The position numbers and the translations under genes were made by a program. Of a stretch of DNA of 64,000 nucleotides, positions 1 to 8,629 are shown in pieces; position 1 is the stretch's first letter; each line of letters starts with the position of its first letter. Source of the DNA: Candidatus Poribacteria bacterium (GTDB lineage Bacteria > Poribacteria > WGA-4E > WGA-3G); assembly GCA_965214095.1 (NCBI GenBank), contig OZ243938.1, positions 3,264,001 through 3,328,000 on the forward strand, given 5' to 3'. The notes under the pieces are model-generated. The model saw only the letters and a program-made list of their open reading frames with translations. It was not told the DNA's origin and ran no database searches.

Positions 1-1896
1 TTCATCGGTCTATGGGATACTGCCACAGGTAAAGACCTCCACGAACTTATGTATAATGGTCAAATCGTCAGCATAGCGATCAGTTCGGATGGCAAAAAAA
101 TCGTAGGCACGAGTTCGGACCAGACGACTCAGGTTTGGGATATCATTACGGGAGAACACCTACATAGTCTCAACGGACACAAGGATATCGTGGGTGGTGC
201 TGCGTTTAGACCGGATGGACACATCATCGCAACCAGAAGTGACGACACAACGATCCGCTTGTGGGACGCAAACACGGGAGAACACCTACACACGCTCCTC
301 GGACATACGAAGAGGATAGGTGAGATAGTATTCAGTCCCGATGGCAATTACCTCGTCAGTGCGAGTGATGACACAACAATCAGGTTATGGGATCCAGCAA
401 CAGGTGAACTCCTCCATACCTTTGAAGGACATGCGGATTTTGTCCGCACATTAACCATCAGTTCCGATAACAAAACAATCGTATCTGGAAGTTGGGACAA
501 GACAGTCCAAACATGGGACATTGAAGCGAGGGAACACCGACAAACCCTCTCGCGCGAGAATTATGTCAATCAAGTTATTATCAGTCCGAATGGAGAAACT
601 ATCGCAAGTGAGGGTGGTTCGGTTCGTCTCTGGAATGCAGAAACAGGAGAACTCCGTCATAGTATCGGTGGAAACATGTCTTGGATCAATGAAGTCGCTT
701 TCGGTCCAGACGATAAAACCCTTGCAATTGCAAGTTGGAATTCACACCTCTATCTATTGGATATTGCTACAGGGGAATACATAAACACCTTAATAGGTCA
801 TGAGTACGTGATCAATTCAGTCGCATATAGTCCTGACGGTAAAACTATAACAACTGGCAGCGACGACAAATCTGTCCGACTATGGAACGCAGAGACGGGT
901 GAACTGATCAAAACCTTCACAGGACATACCGATGTTGTCTGGTCCGTAGCCTTCAGTTCAGATAGTAAGATACTCGCAAGCGGAGCTTTTGACACATCCA
1001 TCAGGTTATGGGATGTGGAAAAAGGTGAACAGATTGATGTCCTAAGAGGACATAATGATCGTGTCGTTAACATTGCGTTCAGTCCGGATGGTAAGACCCT
1101 CGCAAGTGCCAGCACCGACCACCTCGTTATGCTTTGGGATACTACCACACGGGAGCGTATCCACATACTCAGAGCTCATGATGATAATGTTTTTGAAGTC
1201 GCTTTCAGTCCGGATGGTAAGACCCTCGCAAGTGCCAGCAACGACGAAACTATTCGGCTATGGAACCCAGTCACAGGACAGAATACGCATACCTTTACAG
1301 AAAATTCAAATGAGGTCTATAAAAATCTCTATAGTGTAACGTTCAGCCATGACGGGAGTATCATCGCAGGTGGCACTGCCTACGGCACTATAAGTCTATG
1401 GGATATTGCCACGAAAGAACACCTCCGCACGTTCACTGGACATAATCGCACACCGGTGCGTTGCCTCGCCTTCAGTAGGGACGACAAAACGTTGGCAAGT
1501 AGCGCTTGGGATGGACAAGTCCTACTGTGGAATACCGCGCAATACACGCAATCCTTCGCAGTTGAACCGACTGATAAGCAGCTCACCACTTGGGGCAAGG
1601 TCAAGACAACCGCTGTCTACCAGAACTTTCCCAATCCTTTCAATCCAGAGACGTGGATACCTTATCAACTTGCGACGTCATCGGATGTATCCTTGACAAT
1701 ATACGACGTGCATGGTGTTGTTGTGCGGGATTTCCATTTAAGTCAACAACCAGCGGGTGTGTATAGGGATCGAGATCGTGCGTTGTATTGGGATGGTCGG
1801 AATACCCTTGGCGAAAGGGTCGCGAGCGGTATCTTCTTCTACAAGTTCATTACCGACGACTACACCACCTCCCGCAAAATGTTGATGTTAAAATAG
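1..1896 (+). CDS. WD40-repeat protein with C-terminal AVEP-TTWG motif and FlgD-Ig/T9SS-CTD-like domain (5' partial)
   Basis: About 12 GH...WD repeats. The frame is open from base 1 (FIGLWDTATGKDLHELM), so the gene starts upstream of the window. Tail is AVEPTDKQLTTWGKVK then QNFPNPFNPETWIPYQL...WDGRN..GERVASGIFFY. Confidence 0.9.
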   Translation, partial: FIGLWDTATGKDLHELMYNGQIVSIAISSDGKKIVGTSSDQTTQVWDIITGEHLHSLNGHKDIVGGAAFRPDGHIIATRSDDTTIRLWDANTGEHLHTLLGHTKRIGEIVFSPDGNYLVSASDDTTIRLWDPATGELLHTFEGHADFVRTLTISSDNKTIVSGSWDKTVQTWDIEAREHRQTLSRENYVNQVIISPNGETIASEGGSVRLWNAETGELRHSIGGNMSWINEVAFGPDDKTLAIASWNSHLYLLDIATGEYINTLIGHEYVINSVAYSPDGKTITTGSDDKSVRLWNAETGELIKTFTGHTDVVWSVAFSSDSKILASGAFDTSIRLWDVEKGEQIDVLRGHNDRVVNIAFSPDGKTLASASTDHLVMLWDTTTRERIHILRAHDDNVFEVAFSPDGKTLASASNDETIRLWNPVTGQNTHTFTENSNEVYKNLYSVTFSHDGSIIAGGTAYGTISLWDIATKEHLRTFTGHNRTPVRCLAFSRDDKTLASSAWDGQVLLWNTAQYTQSFAVEPTDKQLTTWGKVKTTAVYQNFPNPFNPETWIPYQLATSSDVSLTIYDVHGVVVRDFHLSQQPAGVYRDRDRALYWDGRNTLGERVASGIFFYKFITDDYTTSRKMLMLK

Positions 1897-1996
1897 GATC
1901 ATAGGCGAGGTCCCCTTGTCCGCACAATAAACAGGGAAAACTGTGGGGAGAGCCTATCCATACACAACGGTAAATCCTGATTAAGTAAATCAACAT

Positions 1997-2027
1997 GTCA
2001 GACTTCGCTCCGCTCACGCCGACCTAC
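1997..2027 (-). repeat. REP-like GTAG-anchored imperfect palindrome
   Basis: Reverse complement gtaggtcggcgtgagcggagcgaagtctgac resembles the arms of the inverted pair at 60204-60285. Confidence 0.55.
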
Positions 2028-2095
2028 GAAGATTGGTAGTTTCAGCGATTCCGATGAGCAAGCCACATATTTCGCGCTTATGGTATTGCATGAAA

Positions 2096-2137
2096 AAGAG
2101 AGGATAATGGTATAATATCTATACATTATCTTCTCTT
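2096..2137 (+). promoter_or_regulatory. Inverted repeat enclosing an extended -10 (TGGTATAAT)
   Basis: aagagaggataatg...cattatcttctctt; a homologous, longer version lies at 14991-15048. Confidence 0.5.
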
Positions 2138-2156
2138 CCTCTTTTTTGAAAAAACT

Positions 2157-2184
2157 TGAGACTATTTCGCCTCATACCGAGTCA
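2157..2184 (+). promoter_or_regulatory. Putative ECF autoregulatory promoter, class A (TGAGAC-N18-GTCA)
   Basis: Same motif and spacing upstream of copy 5 (15060-15087); typical ECF -35/-10 layout. Confidence 0.65.
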
Positions 2185-2230
2185 CTATATGCTGATGTGA
2201 AATGATGAACTCCTTTTCCAGAGGTTTTCA

Positions 2231-5200
2231 ATGAAAAATGCTGATGTTGAACTCATCCAACGTGTCCTTGATGGTGATGATACTGCGTTTACCGAACTGG
2301 TTAAGAAATACCAGAAATCTGTTCACGCGCTTGCATGGCGGAAGGTTCAAGACTTCCACATTGCAGAGGATATCACACAAGAAACATTCCTAAAGGTATA
2401 TCGGAATCTGTCAACACTGAAGGAACCCCAATCTTTTGCAAGTTGGTTGTATGTCATAGCAACAAACCACTGCAAGACGTGGCTTAGTAAGAAGCAAGTG
2501 TGGACACAATCGTTGGATAACTTCAATAGCGCAGAATTGGAAAAAGCAACCTATTCCAGCTATGTCAGTGCGGAAAACGAGCGGGTATCAGTAGAAGCGC
2601 AGCGTGAAGTTGTCAAAAAGTTACTTGCTAAGTTGCAGGAGAGTGACCGCACGGTCATAACGCTCTATTACCTCGGGGGAATGACGTATGAAGAGATAAG
2701 CAAGTTTTTAGGTGTATCGGTAAGTGCAATCAAGAACCGTCTCTACCGAGCACGCCAGTTTCTAAAGAAGGAGGAACCTATGATAAGAGAAGCTTTAGAG
2801 AATTACCAAATCACTCCAAATCTCACTGAGAACATCATGCAAGAAATATCTCGTCTCAGACCTACACCTTCCACCAGCAAACCCCTCGTGCCGTGGACAG
2901 TTGCTGCTGCAAGTGCAGTCTTAATTGTGTTACTACTTGGCATAGGTAGTCAGAACTTAGTCCATTTCCAACATCCTTATTCATTAGATGCACAAGCAGA
3001 GATGACGGTTGAACTTGTTGACACACCGATTGTGCTAAATATAGATGCAGAACCAGATGTTAGAAATCAATTTGGCAGTATAAATCCTGCTGGTGATAAT
3101 GAGAATGAAGGTCAGAAACCAGATGAAGTTTTGTTGGCTGCCGCAGAAACTGAAACAGATGACAAGGTATCCACATCCAAACAGCAGTGGATTCAATCTG
3201 AACCTATCAAAGGAAGTAGAGTACATAACCTCCATGTTACATCTGAAGGAGAACTCTACGTACTTACTAATACCAATAATGATCCTATCTACAAATTGTC
3301 TGCCAACGGTAACAACTGGTTACATATCTTTGACACTAAGTCATTGGATATTAAAGGTTGGTTAGGAAGTCGCATTGTAAAGTGGAACAATACGTTGTAC
3401 TATGTGCCATCTCATCAACTCTTCGCTATTAATGATGATAGCAAAACGGGTGATTTAATTTACACCTGGGATGGTAACAAATATGTGGAACCCGTTGAAT
3501 TCATTGTAACAGAAGGCACTTTTTATATCGCATTTAGGAATGGAATTTTGCGTTCCGAAGACAATGGTAGAACATGGGAGGAAATTAATGATGGATTAAT
3601 GGATGGAATTAGATCCTTAGTCAAAATCCAAAACACTCTGTTTGTTGGGACAGAAAATGGACTCTACCGTTTAATAGGTGACATCTGGCAACATGTGGAA
3701 TTCGCAGCACCTGTCGGCTGGATCCGTTCAATTGCAGTGACTGAAGATAATCTCTATGTTGCAGCAGACATAAACCGTCGTGCAGTTCCCCTTGAAGAGT
3801 GGTACACCTGGTGGGTATTCCGATCAACTGACATGGGGAACTCGTGGAGAAATATTACACCTAAAAATGCATGGTCTGTAAAGGAGGTCATTCCCTTTGT
3901 TAAACTTATTGCTGTTGGCGAAACACTCTTAATCAGCTGGAGAGATGTTGGTTTAGTACGCTCTACCGATAGTGGAGATACATGGATGCCTGTACAAGAA
4001 CCCAATTCTTACCCCAACATAGGCACTCATACCCCTGCTGTAGCCTTAAATGAACAAACTTTTTATATTGCAAGTGATGATGATGGACTGCATCGTTCCA
4101 TTGACGGTGGTAAGTCGTGGCATGCTATAAACATAGATCGTAAAAGTAAATTTCAGATGGATGACATAATTGCCAATAGAGGATTTGGTAAAGTGGAAAA
4201 CATGCCTACGGCAGTCTATGCGAAAGTTGGAAAAGAAATTGTGAAAACAACCGATAAGGGAAAATTCTGGAATACTGTTCAAATGGAAGAACCAAAGACT
4301 TCACGGGCAACAGTAGAAAGACCTTTTATTACCCAGATAGTCAAATCTGGAGATATTATCTATGCTAAAGGTGGAGATTCCTATGGTGATGGCAGTAGGT
4401 ATTCTTCAGGTGATGGTATTACACGTCTCTACCACATTTCTACAGATGACAATATCCTAAGACGAGTTCCAGACATTCCAATTTTTGATGCTAAACCATT
4501 AAGATTCCATTTGGCGGGAAGAACAACAAACTCTTTTGACTCACCAGAAGAAGAAGAAAAGTTCATAAAACGGATACAAAAAAGTACTGGTGGAGCAACT
4601 CAATTTTTCAAACATTTAGCTAAATGGGATCCAAAACAACCAGATTTCTATATGAAATTGGGGTTTCACGGACCGTTTGCAGTCAGTGCCAATACCTTTT
4701 ATTTGGAATATAACTTCAAACTCTTTCGGTACAAGAAGGGTGAGAGAGAATGGTCCGATACAGGGGTGGAAGAAACCATCGAGTTAACCTTGGATATAGC
4801 AGTGAAAAATCTCAAACTTGCCGTTTCAGGGAACACTGTCTATGTCGGCAAACGGGATGGCACTCTCTTACAGTCATTTGATGCCGGAACCAATTGGATT
4901 GATCTCACACCAGTACTACCATTCCCAGTAAAAGCATTCAAAGATATCGTGATTGTTAATGATACAGTGTATGTAGCAACAGATGCAGGTGTCACCACAT
5001 CAGATCGTGGAAATAATTGGGGTGTTATTACCGATTCAGAAGGCACAAATCTCAATATGGACATACTGACTGCTGATGGTACGATACTTTATGCTGTTTC
5101 CCAAGATACTGGTATCTATCGCTTGGAAAATGATACATGGAATCAGATTGTTTCAGAGATTCCAGAAAACATAACATCTCTCGCTGTCAATGGAAACACA

Positions 5201-5254
5201 TTATTTATTAGCACTGAAAGAAACGGAATGTTCCATTTTACTCTTGATGAATAA
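2231..5254 (+). CDS. ECF sigma factor fused to TM helix and Asp-box/BNR beta-propeller (array copy 1)
   Basis: sigma2 (AEDITQETFLK...FASWLYVIA), sigma4 (MTYEEISKFLGVSVSAIKNRLYRAR), hydrophobic helix PWTVAAASAVLIVLLLGIG, repeated SxDxGxTW boxes. Confidence 0.92.
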   Translation: MKNADVELIQRVLDGDDTAFTELVKKYQKSVHALAWRKVQDFHIAEDITQETFLKVYRNLSTLKEPQSFASWLYVIATNHCKTWLSKKQVWTQSLDNFNSAELEKATYSSYVSAENERVSVEAQREVVKKLLAKLQESDRTVITLYYLGGMTYEEISKFLGVSVSAIKNRLYRARQFLKKEEPMIREALENYQITPNLTENIMQEISRLRPTPSTSKPLVPWTVAAASAVLIVLLLGIGSQNLVHFQHPYSLDAQAEMTVELVDTPIVLNIDAEPDVRNQFGSINPAGDNENEGQKPDEVLLAAAETETDDKVSTSKQQWIQSEPIKGSRVHNLHVTSEGELYVLTNTNNDPIYKLSANGNNWLHIFDTKSLDIKGWLGSRIVKWNNTLYYVPSHQLFAINDDSKTGDLIYTWDGNKYVEPVEFIVTEGTFYIAFRNGILRSEDNGRTWEEINDGLMDGIRSLVKIQNTLFVGTENGLYRLIGDIWQHVEFAAPVGWIRSIAVTEDNLYVAADINRRAVPLEEWYTWWVFRSTDMGNSWRNITPKNAWSVKEVIPFVKLIAVGETLLISWRDVGLVRSTDSGDTWMPVQEPNSYPNIGTHTPAVALNEQTFYIASDDDGLHRSIDGGKSWHAINIDRKSKFQMDDIIANRGFGKVENMPTAVYAKVGKEIVKTTDKGKFWNTVQMEEPKTSRATVERPFITQIVKSGDIIYAKGGDSYGDGSRYSSGDGITRLYHISTDDNILRRVPDIPIFDAKPLRFHLAGRTTNSFDSPEEEEKFIKRIQKSTGGATQFFKHLAKWDPKQPDFYMKLGFHGPFAVSANTFYLEYNFKLFRYKKGEREWSDTGVEETIELTLDIAVKNLKLAVSGNTVYVGKRDGTLLQSFDAGTNWIDLTPVLPFPVKAFKDIVIVNDTVYVATDAGVTTSDRGNNWGVITDSEGTNLNMDILTADGTILYAVSQDTGIYRLENDTWNQIVSEIPENITSLAVNGNTLFISTERNGMFHFTLDE

Positions 5255-5336
5255 AATTCATTTTCTGGCCGGTGTCAAACACCGTCAATCTCATCTCTAT
5301 TATCCTTTTCTCCAAATTTCTCTTAATGCAGAATTA

Positions 5337-5365
5337 TGCAACCGTTTTACACCTAATTTGAGGCA
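5337..5365 (+). promoter_or_regulatory. Putative ECF promoter, class B, with mutated -10 (GCAAC-N19-GGCA)
   Basis: Near-identical to the copy-6 promoter except GTCA is GGCA. Confidence 0.55.
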
Positions 5366-5417
5366 TAATAGTTTGATATGTGTTTGCTCAAACTTTTGCA
5401 TAATGGAGACACACCTG

Positions 5418-8264
5418 ATGAAAAACGACGGTGCACTTATTAGACAAATACTCAGCGGTGATCAAATCGCTTTCGTTGGACTCGTGAAAAAGTATCAAAA
5501 ACAAGTTCACGTACTAGCATGGCGGAAGATTGGAGATTTCCACATTGCCGAGGACATTACCCAGGATGTCTTTTTGAAAGTATATCAGAAACTTCACACT
5601 CTGAAAGATCCGAATCAGTTTTCTGGGTTGCTCTACGTCGTGACAACTAACCTATGCAATACATGGCTCAGTAAAAATCGGGATCATTACCAGGTATCAG
5701 AAGATATTGAGACAACTATGATAGAAAGAGACGTATATTCCCGACATATAACAGAAGAGCGAGTTAAGACCACTCTTGAAGCACAACGTGAAGTGGTCAA
5801 GAGATTACTTGCTAAGTTGAAAGAAAGTGAACGCACGGTAATGACTCTCCATTATCTCGGCGAGATGACAGTAGAAGAGATTAGCAAGTTCTAAGGGGTT
5901 TCTGCTGGAACGATAAAGAGCCGACTTCAACGAGCGCGTAACCGTCTACAGAAGGAGGAAACAATGATTAGAGAAGCACTCAACCATTTTCAAATTTCAC
6001 CAAACCTAACTGAGAACATCATGCAAGAAATATCACGTCTCAAACCTACACCTCCCACCAGCAAACCACTTGTGCCGTGGGCAGTTGCTGGTGCAAGTGC
6101 TATCTTAATATTGTTGATGCTTGGTATAGGCAGCCAGAATTTAGTTCGTTTTCAGCAACCTTATACAATAGATGCACAAGCAGAAACAACAGTTGAACTT
6201 GTTGATGCACCTATTGTGCTAAATCTTGATACGAAACCAGATGTCCGAAATCAATTGGGAAACTCAAATGCGTTGGGTATAAGTGAGAGTGAAGGTCAGA
6301 AACCAGATGAAGTCCTGTTGGCTGCTGCACAGGTGGAAGAAAAAGATGTTTCAGATCCGAAACAACAGTGGAATCTGGCTGTTCCCATAAAAGGGAGTTT
6401 TGTAAGTGGTATGACAATCAATTCTAGTGGTGATATTTTCACTTATAATCATGGACTTATCTTTAAATTATCGTCTGATAAGAAGGAGTGGGAGTACATC
6501 CCCACTGCACATAGACTTAATATCACTCATAGTAAGTCTACACATATGAGACTAAAAGAATGGAACAGTACACTTTATCTCCTTCTAATCGAAAAACTCC
6601 TTACTTCAAAGGATGAAGGTATGACATGGGAACTGCTTTACACCTTCCCAATAGATCGGAATCGTGGACCGTTTGACTTCATAGCATCAGAACAGGCGTT
6701 ATTTGCCATCTTTTCAGACAATACTGTATTCCGTTCTGAAGACAATGGAAATACATGGAATATAGTCACCAATGAATTCCCAAAAGCACTAAACACTTTA
6801 GTAGTAGTGCAAGACATCATGTTTGCTGGAACACGTACAGGATTGTATCGTAAGAACATAGATGGATGGGAACACTTGAAATTTCCAACATCCAGGAATA
6901 TAGAAGTAACTTCAATCTTATCAATTAAGGATCAACTCTATGCTACTGGGTTACCAAACCCTTATTCGGAAAAGGATCAAAATCGGTGGATTTTTCGTTC
7001 AATTGACCTCGGTGATTCATGGGATGACATAACACCTACGATCACTTGGTCGAAAAACAGATGGCCACCAGGAATTACTCTCATTGCGACTGATGATACA
7101 CTCTTGGTAATGGAAAAGGGCATGGTTCTTTCAAAGGATAGTGGAGATACATGGTTATCACCACCATTAACAGGAACTACTCCGACAATGCAAAGGTTTA
7201 GTCCATTTGTTGTGACTGATGATTGTGTCATTTATGTTGGTAGTCCGGAGGATGGTCTATTCCGTTCAACGGATAAAGGCAATTCATGGAAAGCAATCAA
7301 TGTTCAACCAGTTGTTCCACGAATACATAACCTAATCGCATATAAGAGAAGTGACAATACACAGAACACACCATCGGACCTCTATGGTCTTCACTTAGGA
7401 GAGATAGCAAATACTACAAACAAAGGCAAATCTTGGCAAGTCGTTCGAATGGGAAAAGAAATGACAGATAATCCTAACATAATAGGAGTACCTCCAACTA
7501 TCAGTAAAATTGTCAAACACGGTGATATTCTCTATGCAAGAGGTACGGATCTCGTCATGGGAGACATGCTTATCTATCGCGTATCCCGTGATGATAGGAC
7601 GCTTGTACCGATACAAGGGATGCCTGTTCTTAACGCGAAGAGTAATCTTAGAAAAGACCGTATTCAAGAGGGATTAGAGGGAGTCTGCGCTGTTGACAAC
7701 GACACATTCTATATTGAATATAACTATAAACTATTCCGTTGGAAGCAAGGTGATACGGATTGGTTCGACACTGGACTGGAAGAAACCTTACATTTACCTA
7801 AGGACATTTTAAGGAGAACTCTTAAACTGGCGGTTTCAGGGAACACTGTCTATGTCGGTAAACGCGATGGACATTTGTTCGTATCGTATGATTCCGGAGA
7901 AAACTGGATAGACCTCACACCAGCTCTGCCATTCACCGTTAAGTCCTTCAAAGGCATTGTGACTGCTGGTTCCACCGTATATGTCGCAACAGACACAGGT
8001 ATCATCACATCTGATAATGGAAGAAATTGGACTACTATCACAGATACGGATGGAATCAATCTCAAAATCGACTACATGGCTATTGATGACACAACACTCT
8101 ATGGAGTTACAAAGGATACTGGTATCTATCGATTGGAAAATGGCACATGGAATCAGATTGTGTCAGAGATACCAGAGAGAATAACATCTCTCGCTGTTGA
8201 TGGAAACACCTTATATGTAGGAACACAGGATCAAGGTATGCTTCACTATAATCTCAGTGAATAA
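5418..8264 (+). pseudogene. ECF sigma-TM-beta-propeller copy 2, in-frame nonsense codon in sigma4; downstream ORF 5964-8264 intact
   Basis: aag ttc TAA ggg gtt at 5892-5894, versus aag ttc TTA ggg gtt in copy 6. Both halves are in the same frame. The conserved sigma2 W is also L (ttg, 5628-5630). Confidence 0.88.
5964..8264 (+). CDS. TM + Asp-box beta-propeller (C-terminal part of copy 2), possibly translated on its own
   Basis: 766-aa open frame; AGGAGG at 5953-5958, 5 nt before the ATG. Confidence 0.6.
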   Translation: MIREALNHFQISPNLTENIMQEISRLKPTPPTSKPLVPWAVAGASAILILLMLGIGSQNLVRFQQPYTIDAQAETTVELVDAPIVLNLDTKPDVRNQLGNSNALGISESEGQKPDEVLLAAAQVEEKDVSDPKQQWNLAVPIKGSFVSGMTINSSGDIFTYNHGLIFKLSSDKKEWEYIPTAHRLNITHSKSTHMRLKEWNSTLYLLLIEKLLTSKDEGMTWELLYTFPIDRNRGPFDFIASEQALFAIFSDNTVFRSEDNGNTWNIVTNEFPKALNTLVVVQDIMFAGTRTGLYRKNIDGWEHLKFPTSRNIEVTSILSIKDQLYATGLPNPYSEKDQNRWIFRSIDLGDSWDDITPTITWSKNRWPPGITLIATDDTLLVMEKGMVLSKDSGDTWLSPPLTGTTPTMQRFSPFVVTDDCVIYVGSPEDGLFRSTDKGNSWKAINVQPVVPRIHNLIAYKRSDNTQNTPSDLYGLHLGEIANTTNKGKSWQVVRMGKEMTDNPNIIGVPPTISKIVKHGDILYARGTDLVMGDMLIYRVSRDDRTLVPIQGMPVLNAKSNLRKDRIQEGLEGVCAVDNDTFYIEYNYKLFRWKQGDTDWFDTGLEETLHLPKDILRRTLKLAVSGNTVYVGKRDGHLFVSYDSGENWIDLTPALPFTVKSFKGIVTAGSTVYVATDTGIITSDNGRNWTTITDTDGINLKIDYMAIDDTTLYGVTKDTGIYRLENGTWNQIVSEIPERITSLAVDGNTLYVGTQDQGMLHYNLSE

Positions 8265-8281
8265 GTAGATTTGCGCAAATG

Positions 8282-8428
8282 CACAATCTTGTCGGCGCGC
8301 TTTTTATGGTGAGGCATACGAATTATATCTACACTTTCTATGAACGGTAGACGAGGTTTCCTAACCTCGCCTTAGCAATGTGTAGAATTATTTCAATAAT
8401 TTACCATAAATGCACCGACAAGATTGTG
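8282..8428. repeat. Nested inverted-repeat (MITE/REPIN-like) element containing a GTAG REP-like hairpin
   Basis: 14-bp perfect IR cacaatcttgtcgg/ccgacaagattgtg; inner arms tttatggt/accataaa and tctacac/gtgtaga; central gtagacgaggtttcctaacctcgcct at 8347-8372. Confidence 0.6.
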
Positions 8429-8476
8429 TTTTTATACTTTTACATTTCCTATAAATAGACTACGACTAACTCATCC

Positions 8477-8504
8477 TTGACAAACCCACCTAATTTGGTA
8501 GAAT
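8477..8504 (+). promoter_or_regulatory. Putative sigma70 promoter
   Basis: TTGACA-N16-TAGAAT with TG extension, upstream of copy 3. Confidence 0.5.
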
Positions 8505-8551
8505 AGTATCTCACTGTTTCCGACCAACTAATCTGTAAACCTGAAAAATTA

Positions 8552-8580
8552 TGCAACCGTTCTCCTCCTAACTTGCGTCA
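8552..8580 (+). promoter_or_regulatory. Putative ECF promoter, class B (GCAAC-N19-GTCA)
   Basis: Motif and spacing shared with copies 2, 4 and 6. Confidence 0.65.
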
Positions 8581-8629
8581 TTTAGTTTGATACGTAATTA
8601 ATCAAACTATTGATTTCTGGAGATACCTT

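Noticed and set aside
5190-5417. N-terminal extension of the ORF 5190-5894
   Set aside because: It overlaps copy 1 and spans the promoter; the paralogous start MKNDG with a GGAGA RBS is at 5418.
5880-5966. Frameshift or programmed recoding splitting copy 2
   Set aside because: Both parts are in the same frame; it is a single TTA-to-TAA change. TAA is used as a normal stop throughout the window.
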